Of a stretch of 64,000 nucleotides of DNA, positions 26,997 to 36,225 are shown in pieces. How positions within the stretch are numbered: position 1 is the stretch's first letter; every line of letters begins with the position of its first letter. The DNA lies in sequence record NC_007623.1; one strand, given 5' to 3'. The notes beneath the pieces are model-generated. The model worked only from the letters and a program-made list of their open reading frames with translations, did no database searches and was not told the DNA's origin. The position numbers and the translations under genes are program-made.

Positions 26997-28508
26997 ATGG
27001 AAGCCATCACACCGTCTGTCAACTGGGTTATGTACCTCCTGGTAGGACATAACAGCAAGTTAAAGAAAAACGGCTACTTCCTGGGTGGTCATGGGTATTC
27101 TTACGATATCCAACAAGAAGGTAAGCGTAAGCTAACCAAGGATGTCCCGACGTCGGCGGGGTATTATACCGGTAATCCTCAGAAGACCAATACGGCTGTA
27201 ACGATTCGGGATATTGTGTCGTTGACCGTAGTGAATGCGGAGAGTGAGCTGGAAGCCCTCTTGAAGGGATATTGGGAAGTCCTGAATGCCCTTACCACCG
27301 ATCCCATCCTGAAGAACCTGTGTGTCATTACCGAACACAAAGTCTTGGAAGCCTTGAGTAAGGTGGACAAGAAGAAAGTCGAAGACGCTGAAGAGTTCAA
27401 ACTCGGAAGACTGGTTTTAAGCGCAACGGAGCGAGCGGTGTTGTTAGACATCCTCACCTGCTTGGAAATAGCCAGTCAAACAGACCGTCGGGTGGTCTTC
27501 GATTTCCCAGGTGTTGCAGAAGGGGGTCAAGGGAATAAGGAAGCTGCCAAACAAAGGGACCTTGCTGAAACGATCAGTCTGTTTGGGTTTAAGAAGGAAA
27601 CCAACCTGGAAGTGGTTTCCCGTAAGGAGTATGAAAACCCAGAGGTGGAATTCAACAAGATCGTCAGTGCCTCTCGGTGGTATTTCAATACCTTGGATCC
27701 TGAAGCGTTCTATAAAGAACAACACGGGTATCGAGTGTACGGGTTTGGTAAAGTCGAACGGGATAAAACGTACTACGGTAAGCTCACCCCGGATGTGACC
27801 TACTCCAAACTCTACACCAAACGACCCCTTCGTTTACTGGATAAGTTGTTTGACTTTACGGTACAACGGATTGCCAATCCCGAGGGGTATTTGTCAGCAG
27901 GGGATCTGAACCACATTGTTACCAAGGATGTGGCGCGGTTAGTGGATCATTTCCCAGGGGTTCCTAAGGAAAAGGAACTGATCTCCCCTTTCACCAAACA
28001 GAACACGAAACCGGTTCTGATTGAGCTTATATCCCCGGTCTTGATGTCGTATCGGATCAGGGATTTCTTAATTGGGATGGATATTCTGTTTGAAGGGTTT
28101 ATGAACAAGGATACCGAGAACAGGTATGGGTATCTGACGTTCTACATTATCACGGATTTGATTTACCAGAAGGAAGTCAATGGAAAAGGGGTGGAGAAGC
28201 TTAAGCTGGATCCAGCCTTTACCCAGACTCGGGAAACGATCAGTTTAAAGGTCACTCATCCCAGCGCAATTAAACCGGTAACCATCAAGCTGTCCATTGG
28301 GTACGACACTCCGGATCGGAACGCTTTTAATTCGATTACGGACCCTAAGGTTAAGGTCTGGTGTGTGACAGACACCCGGAACAAGGAAGGTTTGCGGTAC
28401 GCGACGATTGTGGAGACGGATGAGTTTATCTATATCCATACGTCGGCGATTGCTAACCTTCGGGTGTTAACCTTGGCGGAGTTAGGACGAAGTACTGATA
28501 AAGCGTGA
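26997..28508 (+). CDS. RNase H-fold protein with apparently degenerate active site (503 aa)
   Basis: GGHGYSY, ESELEAL, VITEH and GNKEA segments in RNase HI order; long C-terminal extension. Confidence 0.55.
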   Translation: MEAITPSVNWVMYLLVGHNSKLKKNGYFLGGHGYSYDIQQEGKRKLTKDVPTSAGYYTGNPQKTNTAVTIRDIVSLTVVNAESELEALLKGYWEVLNALTTDPILKNLCVITEHKVLEALSKVDKKKVEDAEEFKLGRLVLSATERAVLLDILTCLEIASQTDRRVVFDFPGVAEGGQGNKEAAKQRDLAETISLFGFKKETNLEVVSRKEYENPEVEFNKIVSASRWYFNTLDPEAFYKEQHGYRVYGFGKVERDKTYYGKLTPDVTYSKLYTKRPLRLLDKLFDFTVQRIANPEGYLSAGDLNHIVTKDVARLVDHFPGVPKEKELISPFTKQNTKPVLIELISPVLMSYRIRDFLIGMDILFEGFMNKDTENRYGYLTFYIITDLIYQKEVNGKGVEKLKLDPAFTQTRETISLKVTHPSAIKPVTIKLSIGYDTPDRNAFNSITDPKVKVWCVTDTRNKEGLRYATIVETDEFIYIHTSAIANLRVLTLAELGRSTDKA

Positions 28509-28512
28509 ACAT

Positions 28513-28550
28513 TATACCTACTGGGAGGTGTGAACCTCCCAGTAGGTATA
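28513..28550. terminator. bidirectional terminator
   Basis: Perfect 17-bp stem TATACCTACTGGGAGGT-gtga-ACCTCCCAGTAGGTATA. Confidence 0.85.
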
Positions 28551-28559
28551 CGTATGTTA

Positions 28560-29402
28560 CTATTTTGCTTTGGTTACAATCGTCTCGGTCTGATCACGGA
28601 AGACGGCCGCCAGTTCGTTCAGGAGGGTCATCATCGCTCCGCAGATGTCCGTAAACTCCACAAAACGATTAACCACCAACTCCACTTCGGTCAGAATCTT
28701 CTCATCCACGACGAGATCATTGGTTTTGATCTTCTCAACCAGGAGTTGTCCCAGTTCATAGACCCGAGACAATTCCCGACTGGCCATTTCAACATCCCGA
28801 GCGCCCAGTAGCTTGGCCGACACGTTGTAGGTTTCCAGTACGTTGTACAGTTCTTCGAAATTGACGTAAACTTCACCCAGGGTACACGTCTTGCGGTGGG
28901 GGTTGGATGGGAGACCTTTAAGGAACTGTTCGGAACGGTCCAGTACCGTATCGAAGTTGGTAATGGTCCAACGGAAACGGGTTTCAGGACGACCGGTCTT
29001 AATCAGTTGTTTAAGCCAATCGTATAGTCGAATTGCTTCAGTTTTCATACTACTGACCAGATAGACCCCATCCGTGGCTACGAATTGGGTATAAGCCATC
29101 ATATTACCGAGGCCGGGTGTGTAGGTCTCCGGGACAATGACTGGCAACCCAGCGTTCTTAACAAAGAGAATCTCTTTCCGCTGGATCGTTTTACGGAACT
29201 TTTCAACGTCCAGAGTGATAACCGACTTTTCGAAGGCGGCCAGACGGCGGTCTATAGAGGCACCGAACTCAGAGAAGAAAAGACCCACACTTTCCCCTAC
29301 ACTGAGTTTTTCAGCCCCCAGGACTGAGAGAAGCTGGGGATTCTTGATCCGTTCGATGAAGTCTTTCGATGTAAAGGAATGTTCCATAACTGAAAATCTC
29401 AT
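28560..29402 (-). CDS. hypothetical protein, probably head-associated (280 aa)
   Basis: Long ORF; SVGESVG may hold an S/A/G-x-E processing site. Confidence 0.7.
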   Translation of the reverse strand: MRFSVMEHSFTSKDFIERIKNPQLLSVLGAEKLSVGESVGLFFSEFGASIDRRLAAFEKSVITLDVEKFRKTIQRKEILFVKNAGLPVIVPETYTPGLGNMMAYTQFVATDGVYLVSSMKTEAIRLYDWLKQLIKTGRPETRFRWTITNFDTVLDRSEQFLKGLPSNPHRKTCTLGEVYVNFEELYNVLETYNVSAKLLGARDVEMASRELSRVYELGQLLVEKIKTNDLVVDEKILTEVELVVNRFVEFTDICGAMMTLLNELAAVFRDQTETIVTKAK

Positions 29403-29499
29403 GAGTATAGTTTGGGGAATGGGTTTTTACGCAGACCCATCTAAAGCAGGGCGTTGCCCTTTCAGCTAAAGTTCATAAAATACGAGGAATAAGAGGAAC

Positions 29500-30969
29500 A
29501 TGAGTACGCCTCTTCTGTTTACCCAAGAGTTGGAATCGTCGGATACGTTGATTGTAAATCTTCCGTTTTCCCCTATTTTCGATATGTTAAACACCGAGAT
29601 CTTGATGAGTGCATCAGGGGTGGCGTATAACAACGGGGGTCTTTGTCGTAACAATGCGATCGTCGGTGGGAACAACACCCAGAAGACCGGGATGACCGTA
29701 CTGGGTATGGCACGGGTCTTGATTCGGTTTAAAGGGTCTGTTGTCTTCTTCTTTGATATTGAGGCCACCTTCTCCGTAGACCGTCTGGCGGAAATGATAG
29801 ACCGAGAGATCGGTATTCACGGGTACTTCAACGAACAGATACTCGGCAAGCGCTTCTTCTACTTCTCTCGGAATGATTTGGTAAATCCCTGTGATGGCAC
29901 CTTTGTTCATGATAAGTTCAAATGGTTGAAGGGGAAGATCGCTGAACAGATTAAGGCCAAAGCCGATATCTTCATGAAGACCCCGTTTACGGACAGCAAA
30001 GGCAACCCCGTTAAAATCATTACCCCTATTCTGTGCGTGGTCGACTCTATCTCTGAAATGCCCTTCCATCGGGTATCGGAACATTTCCAAGAAGGGGATG
30101 TTGATCAAGGCGGAGAGAAGAAGACGCGCGATCTGGTGATTGGGAACCTCCGTCGTATCGTCTATGAAGACGCCGATATCTTGGGTGGGGTATCGGGTTG
30201 TTACCAGATTTGGGTTGCTCAGGTTGTTGATAAGATCAACATGACTGGGCGTCCTGAGGAGAAGGAATCTATTTTCATCCGTCCGGGTAAGAAGCTGAAA
30301 GGTCCTAAGGCCATGATGCGTATTCCGCAGATCGGTCACGAGATCCTTAAAGGTTCAGTGCTTAAAGGCGGAAGTAATGGTCAAGAGTGGTTGTACCCGA
30401 ATCCCTTTGGTAAAGATGTTATTGTGACTCCTGATGCCAAAGAAATGCCTGACTTGATGATTTATAATAATCAACCCTATCGGAATAAGGCGGGGATGTC
30501 AGGTATTAACGCGTTCTTCATTGGTTCCCAGTCCATGGGAATTCAAGAAGGTCTGACCATGTACCATGTACTGAAGACAGCTAAGTACTTCGGCCTGGAA
30601 GGGAGTGACCGCAGTCATCACTGCATTCTGTACCCTGATCTGAAGGTGGGACGTACCACTGTATGGGAAAATACCATTGAAGACCGTAAATTCCTGCGAG
30701 CACTGACCATCATTTACCACTTGTGGTTCATGCAAACCTTCTGGCTGACACTTCCCCACAAATACCGTCTGACTCCTCAGGCATTGTACGACGGTATTAT
30801 TGCTCAAGGACTGGACTGGAACGATATTCTGGAGAACACAGTAGACTACTGGTACACGAATCCAGATATTGACAAGTACACTGTTACAACGTATGAACTC
30901 ATTCGCATTGCACTGGGTGAACGTAAACCTTACTGGAAAGAGAAAGGTGCACCTAAGGCTATTATTTAA
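29500..30969 (+). CDS. uvsX: RecA/UvsX-like recombinase
   Basis: Walker A-like GGNNTQKT, FFDIEAT, Walker B VVDSISEM, WVAQV, RNKAG; phiKZ-type size. Confidence 0.8.
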   Translation: MSTPLLFTQELESSDTLIVNLPFSPIFDMLNTEILMSASGVAYNNGGLCRNNAIVGGNNTQKTGMTVLGMARVLIRFKGSVVFFFDIEATFSVDRLAEMIDREIGIHGYFNEQILGKRFFYFSRNDLVNPCDGTFVHDKFKWLKGKIAEQIKAKADIFMKTPFTDSKGNPVKIITPILCVVDSISEMPFHRVSEHFQEGDVDQGGEKKTRDLVIGNLRRIVYEDADILGGVSGCYQIWVAQVVDKINMTGRPEEKESIFIRPGKKLKGPKAMMRIPQIGHEILKGSVLKGGSNGQEWLYPNPFGKDVIVTPDAKEMPDLMIYNNQPYRNKAGMSGINAFFIGSQSMGIQEGLTMYHVLKTAKYFGLEGSDRSHHCILYPDLKVGRTTVWENTIEDRKFLRALTIIYHLWFMQTFWLTLPHKYRLTPQALYDGIIAQGLDWNDILENTVDYWYTNPDIDKYTVTTYELIRIALGERKPYWKEKGAPKAII

Positions 30970-30973
30970 ATAA

Positions 30974-31005
30974 AGGGTGGGAGGGTAGCCTGAGTCCTCC
31001 CACCC
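30974..31005 (+). terminator. imperfect hairpin
   Basis: GGGTGGGAGG...CCTCCCACCC. Confidence 0.5.
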
Positions 31006-31027
31006 CGACTTTGTAAAGGACCCCCTC

Positions 31028-31402
31028 ATGGAAACAGCACCGTGCCCTACCACCATTCTCATTATGGCGGACAGTAACTTTATTAATCTTTGCCTGGATC
31101 CGTTCGACTACATCAGGCGGTTGAAAGAACGGGTGTCTGCCGTGCGGGAGGATAACCCGTTGTTGTATACCGTCAGTGGTCGCTATGGTGTGAGCGCGAT
31201 TGACAGTGAAATCCCGGTGATTGAAGTGAATGACCGGAATAAGACCCTCTTCAGTCAAACCTTGGAGAACTGCTCCATGTTGTTTGACGAACTCCTGGCG
31301 ATCAGTACGGTCGAAAGTGATCCCTTTATTAACTCCGCCAAAGAAGTGATTACATTGGCCAACAAGACGTTTACACATTACAAATACCCGAGGAAAGTGT
31401 AA
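31028..31402 (+). CDS. hypothetical protein (124 aa)
   Basis: AAGGA RBS; TAATG overlap with the next gene. Confidence 0.75.
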   Translation: METAPCPTTILIMADSNFINLCLDPFDYIRRLKERVSAVREDNPLLYTVSGRYGVSAIDSEIPVIEVNDRNKTLFSQTLENCSMLFDELLAISTVESDPFINSAKEVITLANKTFTHYKYPRKV

Positions 31403-32079
31403 TGGCTGGCAACCGGAAGGCATTTGAAGAACATGTGTATAAAGCCTTTGGTCCTCTGACCAAAGGGGGTGGCAATAAGAAGATTTATGAGAAACTCTTT
31501 GCCACCATGGACGATGACGCTTTTGAAGACTTCGTCCAGTGGTTGGAAAAAGGGAATCCGTTAGCGATTTGGGCCAGTAACTTTGTTCCTGAAGAGAAAC
31601 TGAATTTCGATAACCTGATGAGACTCTGTAAACAGTTCGGTATTGAAGTTGAACACCAACTGGTTATTTACGACGAAGACACCGGGATCAAGTCACTGAC
31701 CGCTTATAAGGCGATTGTAGGACGTGCTGAAGTCCGTAAACAACGTCAGATGTTGTCCAAGAAGTTCAGTGCGGCTAAGAACGACTACGAAATCGATGAC
31801 CTCACCGGTCAACCCATGGGGGACAGCCGGAGTGCGGGGATCAGCGGTCCTGAGGTTACCGTACTGCGTAACCTGGGTTTGAACATCATGGCGAATGAAC
31901 TGTACAACGTTAAAGGCGGCGACCAAGAGGCCTTTAAGGCGTACAAGAACGATTTGTTGACCACCGGTAAGACCACCACCAATGGGAGCCTGCGTAAAGG
32001 CTCAGGTACCAAGGTGTTGAGCACGGTCCACCACCTCATGCGTGGTCGTCATATCGACACTAACTTTAACCAGAAGTGA
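31402..32079 (+). CDS. rpoB: virion RNA polymerase beta subunit, C-terminal part (phiKZ gp149-like)
   Basis: LTGQPMG...ISGPEVTVLRNLG...NELYNVKGGD aligns with bacterial beta VTQQPLG...FGEMEVWALEAYG...QEMLTVKSDD. Confidence 0.88.
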   Translation: MAGNRKAFEEHVYKAFGPLTKGGGNKKIYEKLFATMDDDAFEDFVQWLEKGNPLAIWASNFVPEEKLNFDNLMRLCKQFGIEVEHQLVIYDEDTGIKSLTAYKAIVGRAEVRKQRQMLSKKFSAAKNDYEIDDLTGQPMGDSRSAGISGPEVTVLRNLGLNIMANELYNVKGGDQEAFKAYKNDLLTTGKTTTNGSLRKGSGTKVLSTVHHLMRGRHIDTNFNQK

Positions 32080-32088
32080 TCTCTCCCC

Positions 32089-32502
32089 ATGGATAAACTC
32101 ATTCATTTGTCGAATACCATTCAAGAAGTATGGTTGGACCTGTCAACCGGAGAAGCTCCTCCTCCCATTCTTCAGAACTTCTCGTCGCTTATCAACCGTC
32201 CTTTGATCTGTTTTAATGAAGCCTATTCAGTCTTCATGAACCAAGTGGGAAGTAGTAGTGATCTCTTCGACAGTTGGGTCAGTATTCAAATGATGGTTAT
32301 CACCCGCTTGGGCGAGCATCAGGTGGCGTTCAGTCAGTTCAGTCAAATGTTCAAGGAAGTCTTTAAGACCATTGAAGGGGGTAATGGACTGGATATTTCC
32401 GACGAGAATGAATATAAACGCTGGAGTTTCTTGATTGCTTTAGCGTTTAGGGTGTATACCACTCATTTCATTGTACCCCCACCTAAAGGACGTAAGGCAT
32501 GA
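32089..32502 (+). CDS. hypothetical protein (137 aa)
   Basis: Operon context. Confidence 0.7.
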   Translation: MDKLIHLSNTIQEVWLDLSTGEAPPPILQNFSSLINRPLICFNEAYSVFMNQVGSSSDLFDSWVSIQMMVITRLGEHQVAFSQFSQMFKEVFKTIEGGNGLDISDENEYKRWSFLIALAFRVYTTHFIVPPPKGRKA

Positions 32503-33281
32503 ATCGGGTATTAACCGCCTACGCGGATGTGGACAGTCTCTTCGATTATCGGAGGGGATTGATTCAGAAGTGGTTAACACGAGACATGGCTGTTAGTGAT
32601 GAAAACAGCTTGAGTGATGAAGCCTTTGCAGCGTATCAAGAGAAACGCCGGCTTCAAGGGGACACCCTGTGGGAACTTCATATTGAGAAGAACTACAGGG
32701 AGAGAAGGATGGATACGTTTAACTATCCGTTCTTTGGGTTCACCCGACAGATATTCAGGGAACTCTATCAGAAACGGAGTTTACGGGATTGGGGGTACGG
32801 GTATTACCCCACAGGGTTCCTGTCTAATTTCGTCAAGGTGATTATCGAGCATGAACAACTGACCGATAAACCTATCGAGATCAAAGGGGTGACCCTCACG
32901 ATCAACTGTTTCCCTTATGTCATGGATACAGCCCTTAAGGAGGAGTTGATCGAGCACGTTAAGACTCGGTTAGGCTACCGGGTAGAGGTGAAGACCGTTG
33001 ATGACGACATTATCAATGCGACACCCTCCTACTATCGACAGTTCGATTATGTCTTCAAATACGACTTCCTGTTGAATGAAGACTATAAGTCCTTCTTTGA
33101 GAACGTCGGTAAACCGCCTATTCCTGATACGGCGTTTTTGGTTCCAGATCTCCTGGTTCAAGAAACCGAGTATTTGGAAGGGAGTATTTACGACCGTATC
33201 TTCGCCCAATCCATTGCGCTGGCTCCTGTATTGAAATTGATTCCGATCAACAAAGGTTTCTATGATTACTTGACGGAATAA
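32499..33281 (+). CDS. hypothetical protein (260 aa)
   Basis: ATGA overlap with the upstream gene; TAAGG RBS. Confidence 0.8.
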   Translation: MNRVLTAYADVDSLFDYRRGLIQKWLTRDMAVSDENSLSDEAFAAYQEKRRLQGDTLWELHIEKNYRERRMDTFNYPFFGFTRQIFRELYQKRSLRDWGYGYYPTGFLSNFVKVIIEHEQLTDKPIEIKGVTLTINCFPYVMDTALKEELIEHVKTRLGYRVEVKTVDDDIINATPSYYRQFDYVFKYDFLLNEDYKSFFENVGKPPIPDTAFLVPDLLVQETEYLEGSIYDRIFAQSIALAPVLKLIPINKGFYDYLTE

Positions 33282-33290
33282 CCCCTTTAT

Positions 33291-33320
33291 TAACTGGGTG
33301 GGGATCTCCCCACCCAGTTA
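33291..33320. terminator. bidirectional terminator
   Basis: 14-bp stem TAACTGGGTGGGGA-tc-TCCCCACCCAGTTA. Confidence 0.75.
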
Positions 33321-33331
33321 TGTTCGCTTGG

Positions 33332-33844
33332 TTAAATTTCCTCACCATCGATATCCACCAGCTGATTCCCCTGCACCAGCTCTTCTTCCGTAATGGGACT
33401 CAAGGTAGGATCCAGAGGCAGGGGTTTAGAGGGATCCAGTACGAACTGCGAGAACTCAAAGGTGGGGAGTTTAATCCCTCCACTTTGAATACGCTCCATA
33501 GCCTCCAGCATTTGGTTAAAGGCCAGTCGGTTGCCTTCATTCTCTTTCTTCTTAGCCCGCTCTTTACGGTCATCCCGTACGGTCTTCTCAATCTGCGCAA
33601 TAATCTGGGTGACCCCTTCCAGCAGATGCGCGTTCTTCGGATTATCCAAATACGCAGACATAGCGTATTCCAGAATGAAAGCCCGGTTACGTTGTACTAC
33701 CTTAACCAGTTCTTCCTGTTCGATATCCTCCAGATTACCAGTCATTGCCTTACGGAGTTCTTCCAGAACCGTTTGCATTTTATCCGTATCCAAAGGACTG
33801 GCTTTCTTCTTTTCCTTTTCGGGTGTGTCGTCAGGCGTTTCCAT
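33332..33844 (-). CDS. hypothetical helical protein (170 aa)
   Basis: Helical, charged ORF convergent on the terminator. Confidence 0.7.
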   Translation of the reverse strand: METPDDTPEKEKKKASPLDTDKMQTVLEELRKAMTGNLEDIEQEELVKVVQRNRAFILEYAMSAYLDNPKNAHLLEGVTQIIAQIEKTVRDDRKERAKKKENEGNRLAFNQMLEAMERIQSGGIKLPTFEFSQFVLDPSKPLPLDPTLSPITEEELVQGNQLVDIDGEEI

Positions 33845-33850
33845 GATTTT

Positions 33851-33873
33851 TCAGACCTACATTATTCGTTTGA
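33851..33873 (+). promoter_or_regulatory. variant early-promoter motif
   Basis: tcagaccTACATTATtcgtttga. Confidence 0.45.
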
Positions 33874-33893
33874 GTGGTTAGGAGTATGTGTAA

Positions 33894-34472
33894 ATGGCAC
33901 TAACTAAACGGGCTCTATTCAGGTGGTTAAGCTGGATACCTGGTATAGGTAACCTGTTTAACCGAAAACTGGATTCCCTCACGATCGAGCGGCTGACTGA
34001 GATTAATCAACGGTTCTCTAAGGCTTCAGTACGGTTCGCAGCTCAGATCCAGGATCTATACGATTGCTTAAAGCCCCTAAATACGTCCTTTGACATCGAT
34101 CCGAGGGTCTACCTACCCTTACCTATTGAACTGTCAACAAAGTCCTCTAAGGACGCTCACAGGCTGGTAGAGAGGGTACTGTCAGGTTACTCGTGGAACC
34201 CTGACGAACACTTCGTGAGTAACATGATCGAACACTACCCCAGTTTCCTAGACTGGTACAGTAACGGTTACAGTCTCGACGGGTATTACCAGGGAATGGT
34301 GAAACTCATGGAACTGTATTGTGCCTTATTCCCCGTTATACCGAATGAGGACGATCCTGTTGAATGTCATCCTGTCGTAGAGAACTTCTTAACCAGCCGG
34401 TGGTTTAGGCTGATGGTTATTGACCTGATCAAAATACTGACTCTGGTACTTATCCAACGTCGGGGAGGTTAA
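33894..34472 (+). CDS. hypothetical protein (192 aa)
   Basis: AGGAG RBS. Confidence 0.75.
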   Translation: MALTKRALFRWLSWIPGIGNLFNRKLDSLTIERLTEINQRFSKASVRFAAQIQDLYDCLKPLNTSFDIDPRVYLPLPIELSTKSSKDAHRLVERVLSGYSWNPDEHFVSNMIEHYPSFLDWYSNGYSLDGYYQGMVKLMELYCALFPVIPNEDDPVECHPVVENFLTSRWFRLMVIDLIKILTLVLIQRRGG

Positions 34473-34907
34473 ATGGAAGAAAACAGAAAGAGACCCAAAG
34501 CCAGCCGGTTGGAGAGTATCTCCCACAAGTTTGTACGGGATGAAGAACTCAGAGATCCCCCCGCCCGGTTATTCCGGGCAATTCTGAACAAAGTGGTTCC
34601 TACCCCTCACAAGTGGAAGAACTACTTACGGGATTATCTGGAGTATGTGGTGACCACCCGAGATCCCCAACGGGCTAAGACCGAACGCATTACCCGGCAA
34701 GGTAACATTAAGGCAACCTATTTCCAAAGCTATACGTTAACCTTCCAGAAACTCTTGGAAGGGTTGTCTATCCTACGGATGAAATCTTGCAGAATCATCA
34801 TCGAGGTTGTTGATGAACACGGTGAAATACTCACAGTGGAAGAAACTATTCGCATCGTAGAGAAGAAGCGTTTGGAGAAACCCATTGTGGATGAACCGGA
34901 AGAGTGA
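34473..34907 (+). CDS. basic hypothetical protein (144 aa)
   Basis: GGAGG RBS; abuts the upstream stop. Confidence 0.8.
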   Translation: MEENRKRPKASRLESISHKFVRDEELRDPPARLFRAILNKVVPTPHKWKNYLRDYLEYVVTTRDPQRAKTERITRQGNIKATYFQSYTLTFQKLLEGLSILRMKSCRIIIEVVDEHGEILTVEETIRIVEKKRLEKPIVDEPEE

Positions 34908-34912
34908 ATGCA

Positions 34913-34955
34913 GGAGTAGGTGCGCTAACGCACCTACTCCCCTTCCCCCTTTATT
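34913..34955 (+). terminator. intrinsic terminator
   Basis: GGAGTAGGTGCG-ctaa-CGCACCTACTCC plus pyrimidine tract. Confidence 0.7.
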
Positions 34956-34977
34956 CTTTATTTTTTGGAGTGCCGCT

Positions 34978-36087
34978 ATGGGTATCCTTGACGGGTTCAA
35001 TCTGTCTTCGGGTATTAATGCCTTTAAGAAAGAAACCGAAACCGCAATGCGGGGGGTTAAAAGTGAAACCCTAACCCCTATTGATGTCACCGCCAGTCGC
35101 CTTAAAGAAGGGGTGGCTCTTACTAACCCGAATGACACCACACTCAAGTCAACCATCACCGCGTACCGGAGTTCGGTTGTAGAAGCCCTAGACGGTGTTA
35201 TTGGAGCCCTGTCAGGCGGTTTACTCAATACGAAGGACATTACCCGAGCCATTCGTATTGATAGCAATGGGGTCAGTTTCAGTGATGATGACTTGATTAC
35301 CGCGGCAGGGAGTCAAATGGGCGTTAACGTCTGGGGTAAGAACGGCGTTAAGCAACTCATCGCAGACACTCTCACCGCAGAATTCAATCGGCTCACTGGA
35401 TTGAATGTGGGTCAAATTATCCAGGTCGGTTATGGTGACAAAGGTTCACCCTTCCGTATCAATGACAGTTGGAGAACTCAGCTCGGTAGTGCCACCCTCG
35501 ATATGCTCAGGGATTATACCGGTATTGATGAGTTTGTAGACGTCAGTGTTCAATCGGCGTTTTACAACGCCATCCTGTACAACTCAGCGATGTACGGGAT
35601 GAGTGACAGTTATAAAACCCAATGGGATAACTACCCGTATCTCTCTCTGAGACAAGATGCCTTTATTGAAGCCATTCAGTACATGATTACGAATGGGGAT
35701 GTTGAGAGTATCAGTAAGGTCTTTGAACTCATTAATACCGAAGGGAAGAATACCTTACTGAGTAAATACCCGGATTTCATTGAAACCCTCTTTACGAAGT
35801 TCTCTTTCGACAGTCAAGTCCACAGTGAAGAGCACCCCGCCATTCGTACGAAACTCTTAAACGTTTTAGAAACGGTAGCGGGTAAAGAGTGGTATTACCG
35901 GGAGACCCAATTCGGTAAAGCGTACAACCTGGGGTTGGTATCGAACATCAGTGACGACATGGTAACCCTGTTAACGCCTGTTGAAGAGTTGATTCCCCTC
36001 TTAACCACTCGGGGGATCTTTCAGACTGAACGGGCAACGGATGTATTGAATCAATCCTTCCCGAATGCCCCTATTCGCATTAAATAA
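34978..36087 (+). CDS. hypothetical protein, probably virion structural (369 aa)
   Basis: GGAG RBS before ATG 34978; next to tail genes. Confidence 0.75.
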   Translation: MGILDGFNLSSGINAFKKETETAMRGVKSETLTPIDVTASRLKEGVALTNPNDTTLKSTITAYRSSVVEALDGVIGALSGGLLNTKDITRAIRIDSNGVSFSDDDLITAAGSQMGVNVWGKNGVKQLIADTLTAEFNRLTGLNVGQIIQVGYGDKGSPFRINDSWRTQLGSATLDMLRDYTGIDEFVDVSVQSAFYNAILYNSAMYGMSDSYKTQWDNYPYLSLRQDAFIEAIQYMITNGDVESISKVFELINTEGKNTLLSKYPDFIETLFTKFSFDSQVHSEEHPAIRTKLLNVLETVAGKEWYYRETQFGKAYNLGLVSNISDDMVTLLTPVEELIPLLTTRGIFQTERATDVLNQSFPNAPIRIK

Positions 36088-36098
36088 CCCTAACGAAG

Positions 36099-36130
36099 AC
36101 TCCCCTACCCCAATTAAGGGGTAGGGGAGT
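36099..36130. terminator. terminator hairpin
   Basis: ACTCCCCTACCCC-aattaa-GGGGTAGGGGAGT. Confidence 0.75.
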
Positions 36131-36184
36131 TATTACTGAATAAGTTCTTTTTGTATTGATTAATAGAGGGTGTGATTTCCGCTT

Positions 36185-36219
36185 AGTAGACTCGGGGGCG
36201 TGAAACCCCCGAGTTTACT
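36185..36219. terminator. terminator hairpin for the minus-strand tail operon
   Basis: AGTAGACTCGGGGG-cgtgaaa-CCCCCGAGTTTACT. Confidence 0.7.
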
Positions 36220-36225
36220 GGCTTT

